DNA of 64,000 nt from Candidatus Krumholzibacteriia bacterium. Its GTDB lineage: Bacteria; Krumholzibacteriota; Krumholzibacteriia; Krumholzibacteriales; Krumholzibacteriaceae. This document shows, in pieces, positions 51,693-61,753 of this stretch (the first letter of the stretch is position 1; every line of letters starts with the position of its first letter). Below the pieces are notes generated by a model. That model saw nothing but the letters and a program-made list of their open reading frames with translations. It searched no databases and was not told the DNA's origin. A program made the position numbers and the translations under genes. The stretch spans positions 704,001 to 768,000 of the forward strand of contig CAWIIQ010000001.1 in the NCBI GenBank assembly GCA_963836185.1, given 5' to 3'.

Positions 51693-52454
51693 ATGAAGGT
51701 GACCATAAGTGATACAGGGGACCACAGGAGGCAGGCCCGTATCGAGGCCGGGTGGGAGGATGTCCGGAAGGATTACGATGATCTTCTGGCCGAATACTCG
51801 ATGCTGCCCGTTCCGGGATTCAGGCCGGGGAAGGCCCCGAAATCGATGGTGGAGAAGCACTACAAGAGCCCGCTGCTCGAAGATACAGGCGCCAGGAGTG
51901 TGCGCCGGTTGAGCAGGATGGCCCTGGAGAAGGAGGGAGTCGAGGTCACCGGCCCGATCTCGATCACAGATATCTCTATTGAACAGGGAGAGACGCTCAG
52001 TTTCACGGCGGAATTCACCGAACTGCCCCGGTTCGATCTGCCCAGGTACGATTCGCTGAGACTGCTGGCTGATTCAGACGAAGGGTGGCGCGACGAGATA
52101 TCGCTTTGGCTGCTTGAAAATACAGCAATCGATATACCGGACGAGATGGTCAGGGAGGAACTCCTGTTCGGAGGAGATGACCGCTCAGGGCCCGGAGATG
52201 AAGAGTGGAAAGCCGCTGCGAACAGGATCAAGCTTCTTATGATCCTGGGAGAGATCGCCGGCAGGGACGGCATAGAGGTAGATGACAGGGAGATGGATGA
52301 ACGGATCGAGCAGATCGCCCTGGCGCAGGAGATGGATGTCTCATCGCTGAGGAAGTTCATGCTGCGAAACGGTAGCATGTCGAGGCTTTCTGGATTCATC
52401 CTGGCCGAGAAGACGCTGGATTACCTGATTGACATAAACAGGGATAGTGCGTGA
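51693..52454 (+). CDS. Trigger-factor paralog lacking the FKBP PPIase domain
   Basis: Ribosome-binding signature VPGFRPGKAP; N-domain joined in frame to C-domain motifs IDIPDEMV and RIKLLMILGEIA..DGIEVDD; ~253 aa. Confidence 0.8.
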   Translation: MKVTISDTGDHRRQARIEAGWEDVRKDYDDLLAEYSMLPVPGFRPGKAPKSMVEKHYKSPLLEDTGARSVRRLSRMALEKEGVEVTGPISITDISIEQGETLSFTAEFTELPRFDLPRYDSLRLLADSDEGWRDEISLWLLENTAIDIPDEMVREELLFGGDDRSGPGDEEWKAAANRIKLLMILGEIAGRDGIEVDDREMDERIEQIALAQEMDVSSLRKFMLRNGSMSRLSGFILAEKTLDYLIDINRDSA

Positions 52455-52547
52455 TAATGATTTTCAGTTAATCAAAAAGAACAACAGAGAGAGTATTGGA
52501 ATATATGGATTTCTATTCCATACAGAATTTAAGAAGAGGAGGAAGCG

Positions 52548-54134
52548 ATGAGAAGAAAGCATGACCTGAAGAGCGTCGGCACCTGGGCGATGGTGGGGAC
52601 CGTCCTCGCCACAGCCTCGATACTGGCGGCGTCTCCTCAGAAGGCAAAGGCGGAGAATCCGCCTGCGGCGAAAAAGCCGAACATCCTTGTTATCTGGGGT
52701 GACGATATCGGCCGCAGCAATATCAGCGCCTACACCTTCGGGATGATGGGATACCATACCCCGAACATCGACAGGATCGCCAGGGAAGGGATGATGTTCA
52801 CCGATTATTACGCCGAGCAGAGCTCCACGGCGGGCCGTTCGTCGTTTATAACCGGTCAGAGCGTATTTCGCACCGGCCTGAGCAAGGTCGGGCTTCCCGG
52901 CGCGAAAGAGGGGCTCAGCGAGGAAGATCCCACAATCGCTACGCTGCTGAAGGATATGGGCTACGCGACGGGGCAGTTCGGCAAGAACCATCTCGGCGAC
53001 CGTGACGAGCACCTGCCGACAAACCACGGGTTCGACGAGTTCTTAGGCAACCTCTACCACCTGAACGCGGAAGAGGAACCGGAGAATGAGGATTACCCCA
53101 AGGATCCCGCATTCCGGGAGGAATTCGGGCCGCGGGGTGTCATCCACTCCTGGGCCGGCGGCAAGATCGAGGACACCGGGCCGCTGACGAAGAAACGGAT
53201 GGAGACTATAGACGAGGAGACAGTGGAGGCGGCGCTCAGATTCATCGATGACGCGAACAAGGAGGGTACGCCTTTCTTTGTCTGGTGGAACGGGACGCGG
53301 ATGCACTTCCGCACACATGTAAAGGCTGAACACCGGGGTATTTCCGGGCAGGACGAGTACAGCGACGGCATGGTCGAGCACGATATGCAGGTCGGACAGC
53401 TGCTCGAAAAGCTCGATGAACTAGGCATCGCTGACAATACCATCGTCTTGTACAGCACGGACAACGGGCCGCACTACAACACCTGGCCCGACGCGGCGAG
53501 TACCCCTTTCCGTGGCGAGAAGAACACGAACTGGGAAGGCGGCTGGCGAGTACCGGCAATGGTACGCTGGCCCGGACATATCGAGGCAGGCACTGTCAGC
53601 AATGAGATCGTCAGCGGAATGGACTGGCTCCCGACCTTCGTGGCCGCGGCCGGGAATGCCGAGGTCAAGGATGAACTGCTGAAGGGCGTGAAGGCGAACG
53701 GCAGGAAATACAAGGTCCATCTCGACGGATACAATATTCTGCCGATGCTGACCGGAGAGGTCAAAGAGAGCCCCCGACACGAGATCTTCTATTTCTCGGA
53801 CGACGGCGACCTGACAGCACTGCGCTACGATGACTGGAAGCTCATCTTCATGGAGCAGCGGGTGGAAGCTACGTTCCAGGCCTGGATGGAACCATTCGTT
53901 CCGTTGCGGCTGCCGTTGATATTCAACCTGCGCCGCGATCCTTACGAGCGGGCCCAGGTGACATCGAACACATATTACGACTGGCTGCTCGACCGTGTCT
54001 TCCTGATGGTCCCTGCCCAGAAATTCGTCGGGGAATTCCTGGCGACATTCAAGGAGTTCCCGCCGCGCCAGAAGGCGGCGAGCTTCAGCCTCGAAAAGGT
54101 GATGAACGAGCTGTCGGAGGGTGCCACCCACTGA
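52548..54134 (+). CDS. Secreted arylsulfatase, Ser-type
   Basis: KPNILVIWGDD, AEQSSTAGR (Ser codon TCC 52824-26 at the FGly position), GKNHLG, TDNG, GEK, EGGWRVP; signal peptide. Confidence 0.93.
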   Translation: MRRKHDLKSVGTWAMVGTVLATASILAASPQKAKAENPPAAKKPNILVIWGDDIGRSNISAYTFGMMGYHTPNIDRIAREGMMFTDYYAEQSSTAGRSSFITGQSVFRTGLSKVGLPGAKEGLSEEDPTIATLLKDMGYATGQFGKNHLGDRDEHLPTNHGFDEFLGNLYHLNAEEEPENEDYPKDPAFREEFGPRGVIHSWAGGKIEDTGPLTKKRMETIDEETVEAALRFIDDANKEGTPFFVWWNGTRMHFRTHVKAEHRGISGQDEYSDGMVEHDMQVGQLLEKLDELGIADNTIVLYSTDNGPHYNTWPDAASTPFRGEKNTNWEGGWRVPAMVRWPGHIEAGTVSNEIVSGMDWLPTFVAAAGNAEVKDELLKGVKANGRKYKVHLDGYNILPMLTGEVKESPRHEIFYFSDDGDLTALRYDDWKLIFMEQRVEATFQAWMEPFVPLRLPLIFNLRRDPYERAQVTSNTYYDWLLDRVFLMVPAQKFVGEFLATFKEFPPRQKAASFSLEKVMNELSEGATH

Positions 54135-54200
54135 TATCGCCGCCAGGCAATCGAGTGGTGCGCATTAGTATTGCCGCAGGGCAAGGATGATACAGAACAG

Positions 54201-54233
54201 TCGGGGCGAAGGTCATCAGGGTCTTCGCCCCGA
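54201..54233 (+). terminator. Hairpin downstream of the sulfatase
   Basis: TCGGGGCGAAG...CTTCGCCCCGA 11-bp stem; weak U-tail. Confidence 0.5.
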
Positions 54234-54344
54234 TTCGTTACAGTCATGTCTGATCGGTTGTTGAATGAACCGTGAAAATAATGTAATATTCTTGAGCCTT
54301 GCCCCTTTTATTACCGAACTCCCCTGGTAATCGGAGGTTTCCGG

Positions 54345-55457
54345 ATGAAATCGTCGAACGCATCGAGCCTTTTGATATCTTCTCTGCTGTTTCTCCTGGC
54401 GATTTTCCTTCTTTCGGGATGCGAGACAGGAATACCCTCGGGCCCTCCTTCGTCCGATCCCGAACTGACGGTGTGGCTCGGTTCATATTCCAGCTCGGAG
54501 GATGACGATTCAGGCGCGTTCATGATCGATATCTATCGTGTGGGAAATGCTGTTTCTGCCGAGCTGGTCATCCGGTCCCGGGAAGAGGAGAATCCCTATG
54601 ATCATCTCTTCCTCAATGGAAGCGCCCGCGGCAATGATATAGATCTTGAACTCAATACTGACTTGATAAATTACGGCTTCAGTTTCGATCTTGAGCTGAC
54701 GATGAGTTCGGACGGGACCATGTCGGGGTCCTTCTACTATTCAACATACGATATGACGGCGGATGTGGCCTGTGTCGAGCTTGAGGGGGCTGCGGCAGAG
54801 GCAGATACATCTTTCGATATGAGTTTTGTCTCACTGGGCCTGGCATATGACAGTACGGATGTCTGGATAAGTACCTCTACGCGGGACCATATCCTGATGG
54901 ATCCGGCCACCACTGCATTTATCGACACAGTAGTGGTATTCATAGCGGAGGAAGCCCGATGGACCAGTGAAGCGCTTACTTCTGACGGCACCGTCCTGTA
55001 CGGCGGATATCCCATTACGGTGTCGGGGCCGGAAGGATCGCGCAGCGAATCGGATATCATCGAATTCGAGAAGGATGGAGATTTCGTCAGGAGATTCAGG
55101 ATCGGGCACAGGACCTCCGGGCTCGCGTGGAGCGGGGAGGACCTCTGGTCCCTGCCGATCGAATCGGACTATTTCTACAGGGTGGGCCTGGACGGGACCG
55201 TCCTGGAGTCCGTGCCGGCCTCGGTGCCTGATCTGGTCGATATCGAATTCGACGGGACAGATTTCTGGGCCATCGGCTGGTTCATGAAGAGACTGTACAG
55301 GATCGACAGTGCCGGTGAGGTCCTGTCTGTTTACAGCCTGCCGCTCGAGTATGGCTACGTATTTCCGGCAGCCTTGACGTTCGACGGGACGAACCTGTGG
55401 TACTGCACCAATACGAGTTATCTCGACTCCCGGTTATACAGGCTGAATCTGGAATAA
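54345..55457 (+). CDS. Lipoprotein with C-terminal ~5-bladed beta-propeller (glutaminyl cyclase/YncE-like repeats)
   Basis: Lipobox LLSGC; repeats GLAYDSTDVW, ALTSDGTVLY, GLAWSGEDLW, IEFDGTDFW, ALTFDGTNLW. Confidence 0.65.
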   Translation: MKSSNASSLLISSLLFLLAIFLLSGCETGIPSGPPSSDPELTVWLGSYSSSEDDDSGAFMIDIYRVGNAVSAELVIRSREEENPYDHLFLNGSARGNDIDLELNTDLINYGFSFDLELTMSSDGTMSGSFYYSTYDMTADVACVELEGAAAEADTSFDMSFVSLGLAYDSTDVWISTSTRDHILMDPATTAFIDTVVVFIAEEARWTSEALTSDGTVLYGGYPITVSGPEGSRSESDIIEFEKDGDFVRRFRIGHRTSGLAWSGEDLWSLPIESDYFYRVGLDGTVLESVPASVPDLVDIEFDGTDFWAIGWFMKRLYRIDSAGEVLSVYSLPLEYGYVFPAALTFDGTNLWYCTNTSYLDSRLYRLNLE

Positions 55458-55578
55458 CACCCGATCAGCCGATATTTATGAGTAAAAGACCCTGTTGACG
55501 GCATTTACGTATTTCTGCGACAATCCGTCTTCGTTGTATCGATTTTTCACAATCACCAGTTTGCCGAGGAGGCATTTT

Positions 55579-57698
55579 ATGCGCATGCGTAGCATCGTGC
55601 TGTTAGCGATCCTTGTGGCTGCGCTCTCAGTGGCCGTAGTGGCCGAGAAGGCTGCCATGAACTATCCCGAGACGAAGAAGGGCGACCAGGTCGACGACTA
55701 CTTCGGGACGAAAGTCGCCGATCCCTACAGGTGGCTCGAGGACGACAACGCCGAGGACGTGAAGGCGTGGGTTACGGCCCAGAACGAAGTCACATTCGCG
55801 TACCTCGAGAAGATCCCCGGCAGGGACAAGTTGAGGGACCGCATAACCGAGCTCTATAACTACCCGAAGTATTCATCTCCGTTCAAGGCGGGGGATTACT
55901 ACTTCTTCCAGAAGAACGACGGACTGCAGAATCAGTACGTCACCTACTACCAGAAGGGGCTCGACGGCGAGCCCGAGGTCTTCATCGACCCGAACAAGCT
56001 CTCCGAAGGACGGGACTACGAGGATCGGGCTGATGGGGTTCTCGACGGACCATAAATACGTGGCCATCTCGCGTTCGGAGGCGGGTTCCGACTGGCGCGA
56101 GATCCGCGTGATCGAAGTCGCTACGAAGAAGGAGCTCCCCGACCAGATAAAGTGGGTCAAGTTCAGCGGCGCCGCATGGTACGGCGACGGATTCTTCTAC
56201 GGCAGTTTTGACGCCCCGAAGGAAGGCGATGAGCTTAAAGGCAAGAACGAGTACCAGAAGATCCGGTACCACAAGCTCGGTGATCCGCTGGAGAAGGACG
56301 TCGTCGTATATGAGGACAAGGAGAATCCCCTGCGCTGGGTCTATGCGGGTGTATCGGAGGGTGAGGAGTATCTGTTCCTGTACGTATCCGAGGGTACGCA
56401 CGGGAACGAGCTTTACTACCGCGAGCTCGATGGCGTAACTGGCGAGTTCAAGCCCCTTGTCACAGGTTTCGACTACGACAGCCACGTGATAGAGGTCAAT
56501 GATGGCAAGTTCCTCATGAAGACCGCCATCGGAGCCCCGAACTACCGCGTAGTCCTCGTGGATCCCGGGAAGCCGGGACAGGAGAACTGGAAGGACGTCA
56601 TCCCTGAGAGGCCCGAGGTGCTCAGGGGCGCTTCGACCGGAGGCGGCCAGCTCTTCTGCTCATGGCTCAAGGATGCGTACACGCAGGTCGAACAGTTCGA
56701 CCTCGAAAGGCAAATTCGTCAGGAAGATCGAGCTCCCGACAGTGGGCAGCGCCGGCGGTTTCGGCGGCGAGCGGGAGGACACGGAGTTCTTCTACTCGTT
56801 CAGCTCGTTCACCTATCCCTCGACGATCTACAAGTACGACATAGGGAGCGGGAAGTCCGAGGTATTCAGGAAGAGCGAGGTCAAGTTCGACCCTGAAGGC
56901 TTCGAGGCGAAGCAGGTCTTCTACAAGAGCAAGGACGGCACGAAGGTCCCGATGTTCATCGTCCATAAAAAGGGATTGAAGCTCGACGGGAAGAATCCGA
57001 CATACCTGTATGGGTACGGTGGATTCCAGGTCAGCATCACCCCGCGTTTTTCGGCCACGCGGATAGCCGCGCTCGAGAAGGGCGTCATAATGGCTATTGC
57101 CAACATAAGGGGCGGCGGCGAGTACGGCGAGAAATGGCACAAGGCGGGGATGCTGGAGAACAAGCAGAACGTCTTTGACGATTTTATCGCGGCGGCAGAG
57201 TACCTGATCGCCGAGAAGTACACTTCGAGCGGGAGGCTCGCGATATCGGGCGGCTCGAACGGCGGCACACTGGTGGGCGCCTGCATGAACCAGCGCCCCG
57301 AACTCTTCAAGGTCGCCCTGCCGGCAGTCGGTGTGATGGACATGCTCCGCTACCACAAGTTCACATCGGGGTGGGGCTGGGCAGTCGAGTATGGCTCGAG
57401 CGACAACGAGGAGCAGTTCAAGTTCCTCTATGACTATTCGCCGCTCCACAACATCAAGGCCGGCGTCGAGTATCCGGCAACGATGGTGACGACCGCCGAC
57501 CATGACGACAGGGTCGTGCCGGCACACTCGTTCAAGTTCATCGCCGAGCTTCAGGACAAGTACAAGGGCCCCAACCCCGTCCTGATACGTATCGAGACGA
57601 AGTCGGGCCACGGCTCGGTCAATACGAGCAAGATGATACAGGAGATGGCCGACGAGTTCGCCTTCATGCTCTATAACATGGGTGTGGAGATCGACTGA
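55579..57698 (+). CDS. S9A prolyl oligopeptidase, secreted (two +1 frameshifts, near 56010 and 56705)
   Basis: VADPYRWLED, GSDW, YGYGGF, RGGGEYG, GGSNGG (catalytic Ser), DHDDRV, SGHG. Confidence 0.92.
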
Positions 57699-57725
57699 CC
57701 GGAACCTGAACAGCTGATTTACTGC

Positions 57726-57760
57726 AAAGCGCCTGTTTCCTTCGGGAGGCAGGCGCTTTT
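57726..57760 (+). terminator. Rho-independent terminator
   Basis: AAAGCGCCTG...CAGGCGCTTTT. Confidence 0.8.
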
Positions 57761-58207
57761 ACTTTCCACGGCCCGATAAATGCGTCCAGGAAGAATAACC
57801 TACTTGTTTTGTAAGTATATATGCCTGAAAATAAATGAGTTACACATAATTATTATCAAGAATATTCTTGAGTAATTCAGTAAACATCTGATAAAATCAG
57901 ATATCCGCTCAAGTCAGGGGATAGCTAAGAAAGATCCAAGGGGTTGCATCGTTGGGACTGCCGCTTTTTCACCTAAAATCAATAATGACAGGATATCCTC
58001 GCTCCATGTGGTGGGTTGTTTTGCGTCAAGGCGTTCCGGGAGGAGCGGAGGATTTCATGTATTTCAGGACGATCAAGGAAAGGAGGTAGCTACTCGACCG
58101 TTTTAGGATTACCACAGTGGATCCTTTTCCCCACCAGTCAAGGGTCCGGAAAGATGGTCCGCTCAGATGATTTTCCGGGCAGGCGACACAGACGGTTAGG
58201 AGAGACA

Positions 58208-61200
58208 ATGAAGCAGAGATTTATTCTCACATCAATCTGCCTTCTGCTTATCCTCTCGCCATTAAGTTCTATGGCGGCAGATACCGCACCGAGAGATTTC
58301 GCTCCGGTGCAGAAGGGCTTCGTCGCAAGCAGCGAAAAGGTCCTTCCCTACGCACCCGACCGGATCATGGTCAAGTTCAAGAGATCAAGCATCGAGAAAT
58401 CACAACTCAGCATAGGCCTCCAGGCCACACGGCCCCTTCCCGACGCGGCTACCGGACTGATGTCGATAGACGTCATCGGCAAGGATGCGGGAGTCAAGAA
58501 GATATCCCGGGCCTATATCCTGATGAAGAACAGGGCTCTGGCTGCACAGCTGGGCGCTGACCAGTGGTTCAGGATCGACCTCGACAAGGCCGCCGACATT
58601 CCTGCGCTCGTCGCGAAGTATGCGAACGATCCGAACGTCGAGTACGCGAAGCCCGACTACAGGGCCTTCCCGGCTGCCGTGCCGAGCGATCCGCTCTACG
58701 ACGATCACTGGGGACACAACAACACCTCCCAGATGATCTCGTACAACTGGAGCACCTACTACCATGACGGCCCGACCGTTGGAACAGTCGGCTTCGATGC
58801 CAACGCCCAGGCTGCATGGAATGCAGGATACGGCGATTCGAACGTGATCATCGCGATCATCGACTCGGGTGTCGACATCGATCATCCCGACCTTAATCTC
58901 GTTGCCGGATACGATTTCGGTGACAACGACAGCAATCCGGACGATGACTCGGGGCAGCCCGGTCACGGCACCTGCTGCGCCGGTGTTGCGGCTTCGATAG
59001 CGAACAACGGTATCGGCTCATGCGGTATCGCTCCCGGATGCAGGATCATGCCCTGCAAGATCGCCAACAACCAGGGCTCGATGTACTTCTCGGCGATCGA
59101 TAACGCTATCTACTGGGCGGCGGACAATGGCGCGGATGTAATATCGATGAGTATCGGAGCCTATGCCGATCCGGGTGACCTCCCCTCGACAGATGCGGCA
59201 CTCGAGTATGCCTGGAGCGCAGGATGTGTCATCCTCGCCGCGACGAGCAACGACAACTACAGCTACATCAGCTATCCCGCAAACCACAACAAGGTTATAG
59301 CGGTCGGCGCTGCTTCGCCCTGCGGTGGCCGCAAGCGCTCGAGCAGCAGCAGCACCGAGTGTAATCCCGGTGTCGATCCCGATCCCAACGGCTACACCTG
59401 CGATGGTGAGCGCTGGTGGGGATCGTGCTACGGTCCGACTTCGAAGGATGCGGCCGACGCGGTCGACGTTATCGCCCCGACGATCCTTCCGACGACCGAT
59501 ATCGGCGGCAGCGGCGGATACACGAGCACCGACTATGACATGTGGTTCAACGGTACCTCGTGCGCCACTCCTTACGCCGCGGGCGTATGCGCGCTGATCA
59601 AGTCGGCGAATCCGACATGGACGCCGGCGCAGATCCGCGACCAGCTGCGCAGACACGGCGATCGATATCGTCAACGTCGAGTCGGGCAGCGGCTGGGACC
59701 GTTACAGCGGATACGGAATGGTCGACGCCGAGGCGGCAGTCGGCGGCGGTGGACCCGTTGCTCCAGTAGCCGAGTTCGTCGGTTCGCCTCTGAGCGGCTT
59801 CGAGCCTCTTCGAGGTCAGCTTCACCGACCAGTCGAGCGGCTCGCCTACGAGCTGGAACTGGAACTTCGGTGACGGCGGCAGCTCGACCCAGCAGAATCC
59901 GACCTATACTTACAACAATGCCGGTACATATACCGTTACCCTGACCGCCACAAACTCCGAGGGTTCGGATGACGAGGTCAAGACCGGTTATATCTCGGTT
60001 ACAGCTCCTCCTCCGCCGGTAGCGGCCTTCAGTGGATCGCCCACCTCGGGTGAGGCTCCGCTGACGGTCAACTTCACCGACGAATCGACGAACGCTCCCA
60101 CCTCGTGGAGCTGGGACTTCGGCGATGGTGGAACGTCGACACAGCAGAATCCGGCGTATGTCTATAACGACATCGGCACCTATACCGTTACACTGACCGC
60201 GACGAACGCCTACGGTTTCGATGACGAGATCAAGACCGGCTACATCACGGTCACCGAGCCCGGTGTGGCGCAGAAGAACTATGCTGTTATCGGAGAATCC
60301 GATGACCGGATCAGTGTCTGGCAGACTATACCGACACCCGCGCGAGCGACAACGTTCGCGAGGCTATCACAGAGGTCCAGTACACGGGGCATCCAAGGAA
60401 GACCTACAGCTACCTCGAGCACAGGTGGACATTCAACGTTCCGTCGAGCTCGACTGTGACCTTCTTCCTCGAGGCATACAGGCCGGCGAGCAGTGACGGC
60501 GACAACTTCGTCTTCGCCTACTCGACCGATGGTTCGTCATACACGAACCTCGTGACGGTCGCGAGCGCTACCGAGCAGGTCTACTCCGTTTCCGTACCCG
60601 CCTCAGTCAGCGGCACGGTCTACGTGAGGGTCCTCGATACCGACAGGAACTGGGGCAATCTCGATTATGGACGCGATCTACGTCGACGAGATGTACTTCC
60701 AGACCGAGACTGTCGCGGCTCCGCCTGTTGCCGACTTCAGCGGATCGCCCACATCGGGTTACGCTCCGCTGGCAGTCAGCTTCACCGATCTGTCGACAGG
60801 CGCTCCTGATCGTGGAGCCTGGACATTCGGCGATGGCGGCACTTCGACGGCCCAGAACCCGTCTCATATCTACAATGCTGTCGGCACCTACACGGTCACC
60901 TTGACGGCGACTAACTCGTACGGCTCCGACGGCGAGACAAAGACCGGTTACATCACTGTCAACGAGGCGACCGGCACTACCGTTCATGTCAGCGACATCT
61001 CCGTGACCGAGACAGGGTCCAGGAACAAGCTCTACGGAAACGCGACAGTGACGATCGTCGATCAGAACAACGCGCCGGTCCAGGGAGCGACTGTCTACGG
61101 CAACTTCGATGCTCCGACGACGACCACGAAGAGCGGAGTGACAGGGTGCGGACGGCAAGGTGACACTCGTGTCCGACAGGCAGAAGGTACGATCGATTTC

Positions 61201-61601
61201 TGCTTCACCGTGACGAATGTCATCTATGCCGGTGGTACCTATGACGACGGCGGCTAACGACGTGACATACTCCTGCGAGAGCGGCGACGTCTACGACGCC
61301 GGCGAAAGCTACGTGATGATGCAGAGGGATACACCCGACAACCTCGTTCTCGGGCAGAACTACCCCAACCCGTTCAACCCGGTCACGAGGATCGAGTTCG
61401 GCATGCCCACACCGGGCCATGTCAGGCTCGACGTCTACAACGTGAAGGGTGAGCTGGTGGCCAACCTGGCCAACGGCACATACGGCACGGGATTCCACAC
61501 AGTAGACGTGGAACGCTGCCGGTATGTCGAGCGGCATCTACTTCTACAGGCTCGTGACCCCGAACGAGGTCATGACGAAGAAGATGATTCTTCTGAGGTA
61601 G
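58208..61601 (+). CDS. Secreted S8 subtilase with 3 PKD domains and FlgD-Ig/T9SS-like CTD (several frameshifts in the 3' half)
   Basis: IIDSG, GHGTCC, GTSCATP triad; WNFGDG/WDFGDG/WTFGDG PKD motifs; LGQNYPNPFNP...KKMILLR* across frames. Confidence 0.85.
59762..60960 (+). repeat. Three similar ~250-bp PKD-coding repeats
   Basis: PVA.F.GSP.SG..PL.V.FTD.S...W.FGDG..STQQNP...GTYTVTLTATN...KTGYI at ~59762, ~60013 and ~60721. Confidence 0.8.
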
Positions 61602-61631
61602 TTCCAGGCCGAATACAGCTTATGCTGTAAC

Positions 61632-61662
61632 AGGGGAGCCGGCAGATGCCGGCTCCCCTTTC
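61632..61662 (+). terminator. Rho-independent terminator
   Basis: AGGGGAGCCGGCA...TGCCGGCTCCCCTTT. Confidence 0.8.
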
Positions 61663-61753
61663 TATTTACGACACTTACACTCATAAATAGGAATTGAAAC
61701 TGGATTGGGGTAACGTATATCTTCGTGGATAACACTTAACAAGGGAATTACTC

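Noticed and set aside
57985-58165. Riboswitch in the S8 leader (ATCCTCGCTCC...GGAGCGGAGGAT and GACCGTTTT...AAAGATGGTC pairings)
   Set aside because: Imperfect stems with no c-di-GMP, c-di-AMP, SAM or T-box consensus that I recognise; an Rfam cmscan would be needed.
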